From contig OX597829.1 of the NCBI GenBank assembly GCA_951406725.2, positions 24,862,001 through 24,926,000 of the forward strand: a DNA stretch of 64,000 bases. Direction: 5' to 3'. This DNA is from Octopus vulgaris. Lineage: Eukaryota. The position numbers and the translations under genes were made by a program. The notes below the pieces were generated by a model. The model worked only from the letters and a program-made list of their open reading frames with translations. It had not been told where the DNA came from and searched no databases. Within the stretch, counting starts at the first letter, position 1; every line of letters starts with the position of its first letter. Below are positions 24,311 to 35,770 of this stretch, in pieces.

Positions 24311-25559
24311 CTCTATTATTTGTTTAATTGAATGTGACGCATCCATTTCCAATTAAGTATATATATATATATATATATAACTAGCCATTCTTCATCCATT
24401 ATTATTGTTCTCTCCACTCACATGCTTCATTGATTCACCACCCACCCACCTCCGACTCATTGAGCCAAATTATCTCTTGTCATACACTATACTTGCGTCT
24501 CTTTCTCTCTGCTGCTCCTTGTAGCCTATCTGACCACATAATCTTCCTTTCTTGTCCTCCCTCCCATCATCACTATCTTGTTGCTCTCCCCTCCCCTTCT
24601 CATTCTCTCTTCTGCAGCCCTCTAACTTCCCAACTCATTAACTCATTGGTCATCCGCCCTTCAACCCAACCCAGCATTTGTAGTTGCACTCTGCCTCTGT
24701 ATCCTTTCATCTCCTGCTTCCCATACAAGCTTGCAACCTCACCCATTTCTTATCTCATGCCTTCAGAGGCCGCCTGGACACCTCATCACAGATCCTACTG
24801 AATATTCTCTTCCTCTTTTCCAAATGTGAGTAGCCATGCAGCTCCTTGACAAGGATGTGCTCTGTCTTCTTCCACTTCTCATACTTAAATGCCTTGTCCC
24901 CTATCATAAAACCACTACACCCTTTCCTTTCCCTTAAAGTTTCTAGTCTTGCAAGCTGCATGGCAACCTGACTAGTGTTGGGAGTAAGGGAAAATACTCA
25001 GTACATACTGTAAAGAAGTTACCCTTAAGAAGGCCATCTAATCATAGAAAGCATGCTATACCAGATACTGGAACACAATGCAGATTTTGGACACATTGGA
25101 TCCTGTCAAACCATTCAACCCATGCCAGCATGAAACGAAGTTGTGATAGTGATGATGATCTCAGTGTCCTTAAATAATTATGAAACCCCCATCTCTTATT
25201 TATGTATTTATAGAAGCTGTGACAGAATGGAAACATTTTAATTTAGTGAGACATCCAAACTGAAGTGGTAATGTTACTGTCTCAGTTTCATTAGTAACAG
25301 CTTGATGAAGGCTGGTGGGTGTATCAGCTGAAATGTTGTGTTAACAACGAACAAGATGAGGACAAATATCAGTCAAATGTAAATAATGTAAATAATATAC
25401 ACTGTAAAGTAGTTGATATTAGGATGAGCACCCAGCCAAAGAGGCCATGCCAAAGCAGATGCAGGAGCTCAACACTGCTCTACAGATCCTGTTGATCTAT
25501 CCTTTCCATTTTAACATGAAAGATGGATATTGAATGATGATAGCTCTCATGTCTATTTT

Positions 25560-26390
25560 TATTCAGGCTAAATCATGAGAGGACTTTGGGGGATAAGCTG
25601 AACTCTGACTTTAGGTTGACCAACAAAGTATTCTGGCAGAGAATCCGTTTACTTTGTAACAAAAAGCTCTTTTCCACATCCTCATCATCATCACCATTTA
25701 ACATCTGTTGTCCGTGCTGGAATGGGTTGGTCGGTTTGACTGGGCTGGCACACTGGAAGGCTGCACCAGACTCCAGTCTAATTTGGCATGGTTTTCTATG
25801 GCTGGATGTCCTTCCTAACGCCAACCACTCCAAGAGTGTAATGGGTGGTTTTACGTGCCACCAGCAAGAGTGCCAAGAATTCAGCTGGGATTCTTTTCTC
25901 TTCAGAGGAGAGCATCCTTGAGAAGTGTAGAGAATATTTTGCTGATCTCATAAATCCAGTCACAATAAAATCTTCTGGTGAGCACAAGGTGCATCTAGGA
26001 ATGAAGAATAATTTTACAGAGGCTAAAGTTATAGCGGCAATTAGAGTGCACAAGTGCAGCAAGGCTGCTGGAGAGATTGAAATTCAGTCAGTAATGTTAA
26101 AAGTTTTGAATAAAGTATTCTCTGGCTGATTTATGTATGCCAGGTGGCTTGGACCTCTGGAAAGACACCAAAGTAATGGCAGTCTCAATTTTTAACATTA
26201 CTCAACAAAATGTGCAGCTTGTAGATTAGGGAGTCTGTGCAAGCCAAGCCACTACTTCTCCACCCAGGGGTAGGCCAAGAACGAGAAAAGTCTAATGATG
26301 GTTGCTTCTGATAGGGCTCTATGGAGGAGGTGCGTGAAGACTCTACCTCCATGACCTTCCCATGAATAGTGGACAGAGAAGATGGATTGA
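25560..26390 (+). mobile_element. Second RTE-family LINE remnant, with an antisense RTE tail inserted at about 25680-25870
   Basis: NKVFWQRIRLL, ILEKCREYFADLINP, KAAGEIEIQSVMLKVL and VAWTSGKTPK*WQ. The 3' end matches 40090-40340. Confidence 0.7.
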
Positions 26391-26458
26391 TAACTTTTAA
26401 ATTGATTAAATTGTTGTGATAAAGAAAGTTCCACACATTATCTTTTAATCAATTTTAA

Positions 26459-26505
<47 letters not shown>

Positions 26506-26826
26506 GGACTCCATTGGTTATGATAACAAAGGTTCCAGTTGAACTGATTAATAGAACAGCCTGCTTTTGAAATTAATCTGCAAGTGGCTGAGCACTCCAC
26601 AGACACATGTACCCTTAATGTAGTTCTCATAGAGATTCAGCAAGATGCAGAATGTGTCATGGCTGGCTCTTTGAAATACAGGTACTACTCATTTTTGCCA
26701 GCTGACTGGACAGGATTGGAGCAACATGAAATAAAGTGTCTTGCTCAAGGACACAATGCATCGCTGGGAATTGAACTCACAACCTTATGATCAGGAGCCA
26801 AATACCATAACCACTAAGCCACATGC
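26506..26826 (-). mobile_element. tRNA-derived SINE (family 3, V/CORE-like gtgtccttgagcaagacact domain)
   Basis: Minus-strand head gcatgtggcttagtggtta...gagttcaattccc, then tgtgtccttgagcaagacacttt. Related copies at 43605-43862, 45015-45280, 58145-58450, 63680-63943 and 56910-57200. Confidence 0.75.
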
Positions 26827-27250
26827 AAACACATACACACACATACATTGCCAGCTGCTATACCTGTGTGGCTCCACCAGAAGATGTAAAGGAATTAACA
26901 GTTTTATAATAAAGCAGTTATAACAGTCATATCCACAAACGTTTCCTTTACTATATATTTAACCAGATTAGCCTCTTGTCACAAACCTATGCAACTAGTT
27001 CTATCATACAGCATTCATCATTTCTGATTTTTGCTAAAGATATCCAACAATTGGATTTTGAAACAGTAATTTTTCTCCAACTTATTCCTTTCTTTTATCC
27101 AATAACTCTTCTTGCAAACAACTTGACAAACTGCTACTATCAGACATAGTTTTTCTTTACATATACTACTCATAAAAACATTTTTTTTTTTCTTAATATT
27201 TATATAAATAATATTTTGTGTACTTTCAGAAATATAACCAAAATTACTAT

Positions 27251-27652
27251 ATGGCATTCATTCACAACTCTTTCAATCACATACTAAATAGATTTGGACT
27301 CTTTCATTCTAAACTACATTTTAATATTGCATTTTGCTGTCAACAAACTTCTTACTTTAAAAGAAATTTAAGCTGTTCTTCTTCTGCTCCTGTTATAAAT
27401 TCCTTATTATCAAAATATTACTATATCAAGTATAATTACCATAACTTTAAATTATCTCGTTATGGAACTAATATTATTTGTACCACAATGTTTATTACAC
27501 CAATATCATCTAAGTCATATCAATTTCCTGAAATTAAAGAAGATGAGCTAGAAGAGAGTTTTGCACGAGGTACCGGACCAGGTGGACAAGCAGTTAATAA
27601 AACAGCAAACTGTTGTGTTATTAAACATATACCAACTGGTATAGTTGTCAAG
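27251..27652 (+). CDS. MTRFR: Mitochondrial translation release factor in rescue (C12orf65-like), coding exon 1
   Basis: Acceptor tttcAG at 27228-27229 and ATG at 27251. Translation ends ...[38 protein letters not shown], a class I release-factor GGQ domain of the C12orf65 type. Phase-0 donor GTAAAT at 27653. Confidence 0.93.
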
Positions 27653-28393
27653 GTAAATGATTTAATTGTTTGATTTTTAATCCATCCACTTTTACTAATC
27701 CTTTCCTTTGTTACATTTATCAACATTTTCCCAGACTAGGAAACCTAACTCTTCAGAACTTGAAAACTAGTTTGCTAATTACTATTTGTTACCGATAAAC
27801 TCACCAATTATTTCACTGTAGAACGAGGTTAATTAAATAATAGTCTACCTTAACCTGAGACTATTATATACATATACATAAGCACAAGTGCACCCCCCCC
27901 CCCTACACACACACACACAAAAGTATCATCGTTATTGTCATTGTCATCTCAGATACAGATACACCATCTGATCTTCTATGCTGGCATGGATAGTACAAAA
28001 CATCTTATAGTAGTATTCTGCAGTCAGATACTCTTCCAGATGTTTACTTGTTTCGCAGTGAGGTACTTAATTCTACAGGTCTTCACATATTCGTCTTCTG
28101 GACTGCAAGATATATTGTTTACACTTGACATTAACAAATTTCACTGTTGCCAAAACAATGGGCAAATATATACAGACACACAAGTACACATACATGCACA
28201 CCCACACACAGTGGGCTTCTGTACAGTTTCCATAAATCAAATGCCTAGTTTCATTTGTAAGGCATTAGTTGGCCTGGGGCTATGGTTGAATGCACTTGCT
28301 ACAGGTACTAGTCTATGGGATGGAACACAAAACTGCATGGTTGTGAAACATACATTTTAACTAGACAGCTATGCCTGCACCTCCTGTAAATGT

Positions 28394-29760
28394 GGTGTGG
28401 CTATGTGGTAAGAAGTGCACTTCCCAATCTCATAGCTACAGTAGAAGACACTTGGAGTCTTCTACTATAGCTCTAGACCAACTGAAGCCTTATAAGTGAT
28501 TTTTAAAGACAGAATCTAAAAAATCTATTCTATATATATATATATATAAGCATACATAGAGGTTGCAAAGGTTAAATTGTCGCCATTTTATGTTTTTAAC
28601 TTCGTGCATGCGCATTGTTTGTTTCTGATTTTGTCAACTACACAGTATAGTAAGGTCAGTTGGGCACTGTCTGTGAGAAAAACAGCACCGTGGTGCAATT
28701 TCACTCTGCCAGAAACTTGGAAATGTCATGCTGTACTGCTTGGCATTTAAGCCAGAATCTCCAATATGAACATTTCAGAATGTTTGGGTGTCAATCTAAG
28801 GACAGTGCAGAGGATTCAGAAAGGGTTGGATAGGTCTAATGGTGATTACAAAGGTATGGCAGCTAGGAAAACTCACTCTAATCATTCTGATGACAAAAGA
28901 ACTCCTGAATTTGTCGGTGAGATCCAGGCCATGATTGACAACAATCCCTCCAAGTCACTGAGATCCATTGAACATGCTTTGGTTTTTCTCAGATGAGAAA
29001 ACTTTCTGCTAAGATCAGATGGTGAACACACAATAAGTGTTGGCTTGCTGTATCCCCAAAACATGTACCGAGAGTGATAAATATCAAACATCCAGTCAAC
29101 ATCATGGTGTTTGGAGTGATCACTAGTGATGGTAACGTTATGCCTCCATTCATCTTCCCACATGGCCTACATCAAGTGCCTGGAGTTGGTAGTGCTGCCC
29201 TGGTTCAAGAAAGTGGTAGCTGGAAGACCTTATGTCTGGCAACAGGACTCTGCACCATGCCACACAAGCAGAACTCAGTCATGGCTGTCAGACTACATCA
29301 CACCTAACATCTGGCCACTTAACTCCTCAAACTGATTTACGTATATGTATGCATGCATATACATAAATATATATATCTGTATATAGCTATCTGTGTATGT
29401 ATGTATGTATGTATGTATGTATTATGTATGTATGTAAGTATGTATGCATGCATGTATGCATATATATACATAAATATATATATATATCTGTATATTGCTA
29501 TCTGTGTATGTATGCATGCATGCATATATATACATAAATGTATATATATCTGTATATAGCTATCTGTGTATTTTCGTGTTTGTCCACCCCCCTCCTTAAC
29601 AACTAATTTGGAAGTTTGGCAAAAGAAATCAATAGAATAAGTATCAAGCTTAAAGAATAAGTACTGAGATCAATTTGTCCAACTAAACCCTTCAAGGGAG
29701 TGCTCCATCTTGGCCACAGTCCAATAACTGAAATAAGGGAAAAAGTGAAAGATAGAAGAT
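28394..29760 (+). mobile_element. SINE family 1 split by a DD37D transposon and a minisatellite
   Basis: Head at about 28394-28530, tail at about 29570-29760. Confidence 0.65.
28559..29335 (+). mobile_element. Tc1/mariner superfamily DD37D (maT-like) transposon remnant
   Basis: MNISECLGVNLRTVQRIQ (HTH), FSDEK, KHPVNIMVFGVITSDG and YVWQQDSAPCHTS...IWPLNS. 5' end is homologous to 53934. Confidence 0.8.
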
Positions 29761-29901
29761 ATACATATATAGGCGTGTTATCTATTCATATTTATGATGT
29801 TTGTATGTGTGTGTGAGTTTAGAGGGATATATTATCCGGGTGGATATTGTGGCAGCTCTCAGTTAAGTTAATCGCATTGATTAGTGTTTAACATCTATAA
29901 C

Positions 29902-30362
29902 TACTGTAAATCCTTAAGTATAATCCACATTTTTTCCCCAAAATTTAAAGGTCAAAATCCCTACTGCGTACTATATACGAGGTTAAAAATGAAAATTATT
30001 TTCTAAGCAATGTCCAAGTCTCTATTTGCTGTCCGGCAATGTTTATTCAGACGCATTTTGTGATGTAGGGCATGAAAATACCTTAAGCTAAGCCTGAAAG
30101 CAATGAAGTCATAAAAGAATCATCCATAACTTGCAGTAAGCAACATTTATTTAACATTATTACTGCTATTTCTTTATTTTCTGCAAACAAAATACACAAA
30201 AAAGCTACACGTTTGCATTATGTTATATATACAATAATAATAAAGGACATTACCGAATACATTTTTACAAACGAAGGACGTTAAATAGTTAGAGAAGGGG
30301 TGTGTATTATACACAGGGTTTAGGTTTTTCAGAGGTACAGCCCCCTAAAAATCCCCTGCGTA
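29902..30362. mobile_element. Probable non-autonomous Tc1/pogo-like element (one end recognisable)
   Basis: Starts TACTGTAAATCCT..AGTATAATCC.CA, with repeated sub-terminal tgcgta.tatatacgagg / gggtgtgtattatacacagg motifs. No second TIR seen. Confidence 0.35.
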
Positions 30363-30883
30363 GGAGTTGCTAATCACACTGTAAATTCCTCTACTAGGTA
30401 ATTCCGTGTTCACTTCCCTGGATGGTAATATTATCTGGAGTGTATATTTGCAATAATTATAATGTTAAAGAATATGGGGACTGATACATCCTCAAAATTT
30501 AATTATTTTTATTTTACTGTATGGCTTACAGCATACTTTTATAGTGATGACAACCTACATATGTTTTTGCTGCACAGTGTATAAGCAGTTACATATGTAA
30601 CTGGGTATGAATTTTTTGTGCAGCTTCATTCTAGGTCTTTTAACCAGCTTGGCTTGAAGTGAACAGTATTCTTTTTGTTGTGTATTGGTGAGGAATCAGG
30701 AGGAAGCGAGAGGAGGTTAGTTTGAGTCTGAAGTCCAATCTGATTGTAAAATTGTATGGTTCACCTTGGCTTTACACCTGTTGCTGGCCGAAGTCAGGAT
30801 TCTATGTAATTAGGTCAAAGTTTATTTTACTGTATTTGCAGGCTTATTTGTATATTGTGATAGATGGGGTCTTAAGAAGCTTA

Positions 30884-30921
<38 letters not shown>

Positions 30922-30923
30922 CC

Positions 30924-31005
30924 TCAAAATAACTAATATATATCACCATCATCGTTGTTTAAGCGGGTGTTAAACAATGATGATGATATATATTAGTTAT
31001 TTTGA
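30924..31005. repeat. Foldback hairpin built from an RTE 3' terminus plus flank
   Basis: tcaaaataactaatatatatca..catc.ttgtttaa-gcgggtg-ttaaacaatgatgatgatatatattagttattttga. Confidence 0.8.
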
Positions 31006-31229
31006 AATACAGATACCTCTTAAAAAGGGATGTCAACATCCAAGCTTCACCAGTTTAATCTTATATATCAATGAAACGTTGAAGAGTCTAGTATAACTTA
31101 ATAGTATTGGTGTTTATTGTTTAAAATTGGCAGCAATTAAGTATATTACAGAGTTTAATTATTATTACACTTCGATATATATGGGTAACTTTCAATATAA
31201 TGTATATATTAAAAGATGTGTATGTGTCC

Positions 31230-31800
31230 ATTGTCAAGTGTGAATTCTAGAAATAGTGGTCTGTTCTTGGCTAAGAACTCATGTAGTTGTTTCACTAAAA
31301 AAGTGGCATTGACTGATTCCCCAATTGGCACAAATCTGGACTGCATCTCATCTCAGGTAGTTCTCTCTGTTATGAGTTTCCCTAAAACTATCAGAACTTG
31401 GTTGGTTGTTTTTGTAGTTACTTATTTCTAAAGCATCTTCTTTCCCTTTGTAATAGTTCTACTGTTATTACTACACAGATGGAGTAACTATACAGATAGA
31501 GTTGCTCTATAGACTATGACATTTGAGAAACAATATCCTCCTGGCATGCATTTCAACAGTTGCAATAGGTAGCATTTCAGCAATTACAGATCGAGCTGTT
31601 GGGTGGAGACTGTGTAGGTGCATAGTTGTTTCTGTTATAGCATGCAGTGTTGTGAAATGATATTATCTGAGCACAAGTGGCTTATCTTGATGGTATGGAC
31701 ATTAAAGAATTTATCATAACTATAGGTTCTTGAGAATTGCTATCTAATTAGTGACAAGTTTCTGATTTCATTAGTAGATACATTGAAATTGGATGGAATA
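31230..31800 (-). mobile_element. Old RTE RT fragment
   Basis: Minus-strand DEMQSRFVPIGESVNATFLVKQLHEFLAKN, homologous to about 12380-12480. Confidence 0.6.
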
Positions 31801-33386
31801 TTAACTTTCTAATTTGCTTTAGGTATGGGAGAGAGTGAGGTGGGGAATCATCATACTAACTTATCTGTAAAGCCACTCCTCACTACAACTTAAACTTAAT
31901 TGAAGTCCTAAACTCCATTTTTATGATTTAGGGGATGATAATAAATACAATCATTATCATCTTCGTTATTGTTTAATATCCATTTTTCATGCGGATATAG
32001 GTTGGATGGTTTGACAGGAACCGACAAGGACAGGCCATATCAGGTTCTGTTTTAGCTTGGTTTCTACAGCTGGACACTCCTCCTAGTGCCAACAACTCCA
32101 CAAAGTGTACTGGGTGCTTTTTGTGTGGCACCATCACAGGCACTTTTTAAGTGGCACTAGCACCCACACTATCAGTTTTTACATGGCACCTTGGTTTTAG
32201 GATCTCAATTCTGTTGTAGGCTGTGAGTCTTCTCAAGTACAGCAATGTGCCACACATGTCAGGAATGCACTACATAACTGTTTAACCCATGCATGCATGG
32301 GTCAAACAGTTTATTGAGGTAGATTTCTTATAATTAGTTGCCCTTCCTGTCACCGGCCCTCTTCTGTTCCTCCTCTCTTCTCTCTCTTACCAGTTAAACA
32401 TTATCACCACTCCATTTCTGTACTGCTAGCTGTCACTCTTTCACCTGGTTACTCATTACTAATCTCTCTCTCTCCATCAAAGATGTAAGTGTAGTGTCTC
32501 TCTTGCATTACTCTCTACCATTATTACCTGTCTTATTACACTCTGTCTGTACTGTTTCTTCAATTTTTCCTTCAAGTTCTTCTTACCACTGTGATCTCAC
32601 CTCCTGTCTTCTTTTTTTTTCTCCTTCTCAACCTAGTTCTTCCTTTGCAATCAATCTCCCACCTACATTGCTCCCTTTTCTTGTGCTGTGCTTAAAATGT
32701 ACCTTACACTCGGTTCAAGTGATTGTGAATGAGCAGAGACATCATAGGGCCAAGAGGACTCTTTAGTCTTATCATGTCAAGAATATAGCAACCTATTAAA
32801 TAAAAGTTAAATACACCAAGTACATTCTGAAAGTAGCTGGTATTAGGAAGGGTATCCATACATAAAAACCATACTGAAAGAAAGCATTTCAGCAAGATGT
32901 GGTCTTCCAACCATACTGAAGAGAACTAACTCCAAATAAGAACTGGCTCAGTACAGCCCATATGGAAGTGGACGTCAGGTGCAGGCATGGCTGAGTGGTA
33001 AGAAGTTTGCTTCCCAACCACATAATTTTAGGTTCAGTCCCAGTGCATTTCTCTAACTCCTGGCTGTTTGATAACCATTGGTACCACTGGGTTTGTCCAT
33101 CCTTTGACAAATTTTGTTTTTTTTTGTCCTACAGGATGTCCAACAATACACCTTACTCTTTACCAAGCAGGCTTGGTACAGTTCAGTTTAGTTACCAATG
33201 GCCCAATCATGTGACTTGTTCTTGGTTACATGTTACCAGTAACACTTAGAGCAACTCAGCATAACATACATGCATGCATGCATCTATCCATAGATACTCA
33301 CATACATACACACACAATCACACACACACAAAAACCACACACACACACACACACACACACACTTACATATGCATGCGCACACACAG

Positions 33387-33820
33387 AGGCATGGCTGTGT
33401 GATTAAAAAGTTTGCTTCTGAACCACGTAGTTTCAGACTCAGTCCCCTTGCACGAAACCTTAGGCAAGTATCTTCTATTATGACTGTGGTTTGGCCAAAG
33501 CTTTGTGAACAGGTTTGATAGTTTGAGTCATATGTGCATGTGTGTTTGTTTGTGTTTTCTTGTCTTGACATTGGTTACTAACTGTAAACAAATATCACCA
33601 TAATACAAGTAGTGTTGTTCAATTGCAAACTTCCATGGAAGCATACCCAGCCATTGTGCTGTTCATATTCAAAGGACTAGGGAAAATATTACCCTGTTAC
33701 CTTGTTGATAATAGGTAAGGGTTGGCAACATGAAGAGAATCCAACCATAGGAAATTTGCTTCAAAATGCTTCATTTGATCCATGTAAGCATGGATGTTGA
33801 AACGATGATGATGATGATGA
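33387..33820 (+). mobile_element. SINE with family-1 head and RTE-derived 3' tail
   Basis: Head ggcatggctgtgtgatt...cttaggcaagtatcttctatta. Ends ccatgtaagcatggatgttgaaacgatgatgatg, like the RTE 3' end. Confidence 0.6.
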
Positions 33821-33982
33821 TATAATATATGTAAATCTATGTCATAGACATACAAACATATCAACTTTACCTATTTCTGGTGAACAGCTTTATCAATTTT
33901 TAACCTTTATTGGGGTTGCATCTGAGGTGCCTACATCACTTGATCAATTCCAGAGAAATATTAGCTATTCTCTTTATATGAA

Positions 33983-34013
<31 letters not shown>

Positions 34014-34016
<3 letters not shown>

Positions 34017-34248
34017 GGAGTAAACACATAAATGTGAAACAAGGTGGAAAAAAAGAGTACTCAAATACCAGTGGTAGAGAATTATGCTTTATTTAAAGCA
34101 GCAGAAAATTCAACAAAATCTGTTACTCTGAGTTTCTCGTTGCCGTTCATCAGACAGTTTTTTCTAGCAAAAATTGTCTGATGAACGGCAACGAGAAACT
34201 CAGAGTAACAGATTTTGTTGAATTTTCTGCTGCTTTAAATAAAGTATA
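34014..34248. mobile_element. Penelope-like foldback element with perfect 70-bp inverted repeat
   Basis: Arms 34087-34156 and 34175-34244 are exact reverse complements with an 18-nt spacer. The element is embedded in (TA)n and carries a hammerhead core. Confidence 0.75.
34169..34216 (+). ncRNA. Minimal type I hammerhead ribozyme motif (mirror copy on minus strand at about 34115-34162)
   Basis: aaaaattgt-CTGATGA(34178-34184)-aCGgcaaCGa-GAAA(34195-34198)-CTCaGAG-TA(34206-34207)-acagatttt. All core nucleotides present, GUA cleavage triplet, palindromic short stem III. Pair 10.1-11.1 is A-A, which is non-canonical. Confidence 0.7.
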
Positions 34249-34334
34249 TATATGTATATATGTATGTATAATGTTTCTTGATGTTAAAGAAAACTATTCC
34301 TGTTTGTTGACAGAAATACATTTTCTGTTTTCAG

Positions 34335-34538
34335 TGTCATGTGAGTAGATCATTGGAAGTTAACAGAAAACAAGCTCGTGAAATAATGAAACAAAAGCTG
34401 GATGTTTTCTTACATGGAAAGGACAGCTTCTCAGAACGTAATAAAGCAGAATCTGCTGTTAAATTAGCTAAAAAGAAAAGCAAAACCAATAAACGTTTAG
34501 AAATGAAAAAAGCATTCAATTTGGAGAAAGAAAAATAA
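34335..34538 (+). CDS. MTRFR: MTRFR/C12orf65 coding exon 2 (basic C-terminal tail)
   Basis: Polypyrimidine tract and AG at 34333-34334, phase 0. Reads CHVSRSLEVNRKQAREIMKQKLDVFLHGKDS...KKAFNLEKEK*, matching the C12orf65 CHxxRSxxxNRKxARxxxxxKxDVF pattern and Lys-rich tail. Confidence 0.93.
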   Translation, partial: CHVSRSLEVNRKQAREIMKQKLDVFLHGKDSFSERNKAESAVKLAKKKSKTNKRLEMKKAFNLEKEK

Positions 34539-34577
34539 CCATTGCCATGAACTCAGGTTTTAAATCTTAACTGCAAG

Positions 34578-34690
34578 AATAAATCTATGTCTTTTGTAAA
34601 GATGAAAATCTAATAATTGTAATATAATCTTGAAGTTATTGTAAAACTGTTCTTTAATACGATTTCTATTGAATTTAGTCTACTAATAAA
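34578..34690 (+). promoter_or_regulatory. Candidate polyadenylation signals of MTRFR
   Basis: AATAAA at 34578-34583 and 34685-34690 downstream of the stop codon; a T-rich tract follows the second. Confidence 0.45.
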
Positions 34691-34832
34691 AAGAAACTAA
34701 AAATTAAGTTGCAATTCTTTGCTTTTTTTTTTGTTAATGTAGAAAAGAATGTCCCAACTCTGATGTTTGATGTGTAATAAAAGAAATTTTATAAATCTTA
34801 ATGCAAACAGCTCAACTAATATATTAAAAGAT

Positions 34833-35061
34833 CCTTTGCCTGCCTTTTGTATCACATATGATACACAGGACATATTTCTCTGTGCATCATATACGATACA
34901 CTCTCTTGATTTTTTATTTCATCCACCAGAGTAACATGGGACTCATGAAAGGGAAGATTTCTATTACTCAGAATGTATGAAACAAGAGCTAACTAGAAGT
35001 CTGCAGAAAAGCATGCATGTTTAGGACAAAACTTATGAAAATGTTTTTGGCAGGCAAAGGG
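34833..35061. mobile_element. piggyBac-type MITE
   Basis: CCTTTGCCTGCC ... GGCAGGCAAAGGG|TTAA. Left TSD is degenerate. Confidence 0.55.
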
Positions 35062-35770
35062 TTAAAATATTTATTCACTCTATTTTTGAGTCAATCTATT
35101 AAATATATTCCTTTGTTTTAATCTTCAATAGTTGTTTTCAGCATCTCCCTGGTCACTCCCATCCAATCTTCTATTATGTGAGTAACCATGTAGGTGACAC
35201 CATATTGTTGTTTGCAATTCAGTTTGCAGTTCTGGTTTCTTTGCCTTTAACAGTACTAAGTGTTACTGGAAGCAACAATAACACATGAATAATTCTGACT
35301 CTTTCACAATAATTTATATTTTCCTTTATAGCAAAGATTTAAAAAGTAAAAATTTAAAATTATGAACATCATCATCTTTAGAAATTAAATATTTTCTTCA
35401 ATCCATCCAGCCATCTTCTTTGCCTGCTATTCTTGGGAGGGTCATTAGGAAGGCCATCCAGCCATAGAAACCATGCCAAATCAGATTGGAACCTGGTGCA
35501 GCTCCCTGGCTTACCAGTTTTCAGAGTGTAGTGGGTGCTTTTTACATGCCGCCAGTACAGGTGACATTGATGTGGCACCAGCATCAGCCATGACTACTAT
35601 CTCACTTGGCTTGACAGGTCTACACAAGCATGATTTTTTAAACTATTATTTACTGAAAATCCTTCTCTTTGAGATGCAGATTTCAAAAATCAAATCCGTT
35701 TTTCTCAAGGATACACCATTTCAAAGCCTTTCAGGGCTATACACACATGCACTCTCATTTATATAGAATA

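Noticed and set aside
24430-24801. 123-aa Ser/Pro/Leu-rich ORF (similar case at 32494-32766)
   Set aside because: Pyrimidine-rich low-complexity sequence with no recognisable domain or splice support.
27218-27673. ORF-track version of MTRFR as a single 151-aa ORF
   Set aside because: It starts at an intronic GTG and reads through the donor at 27653; the spliced model is better supported.
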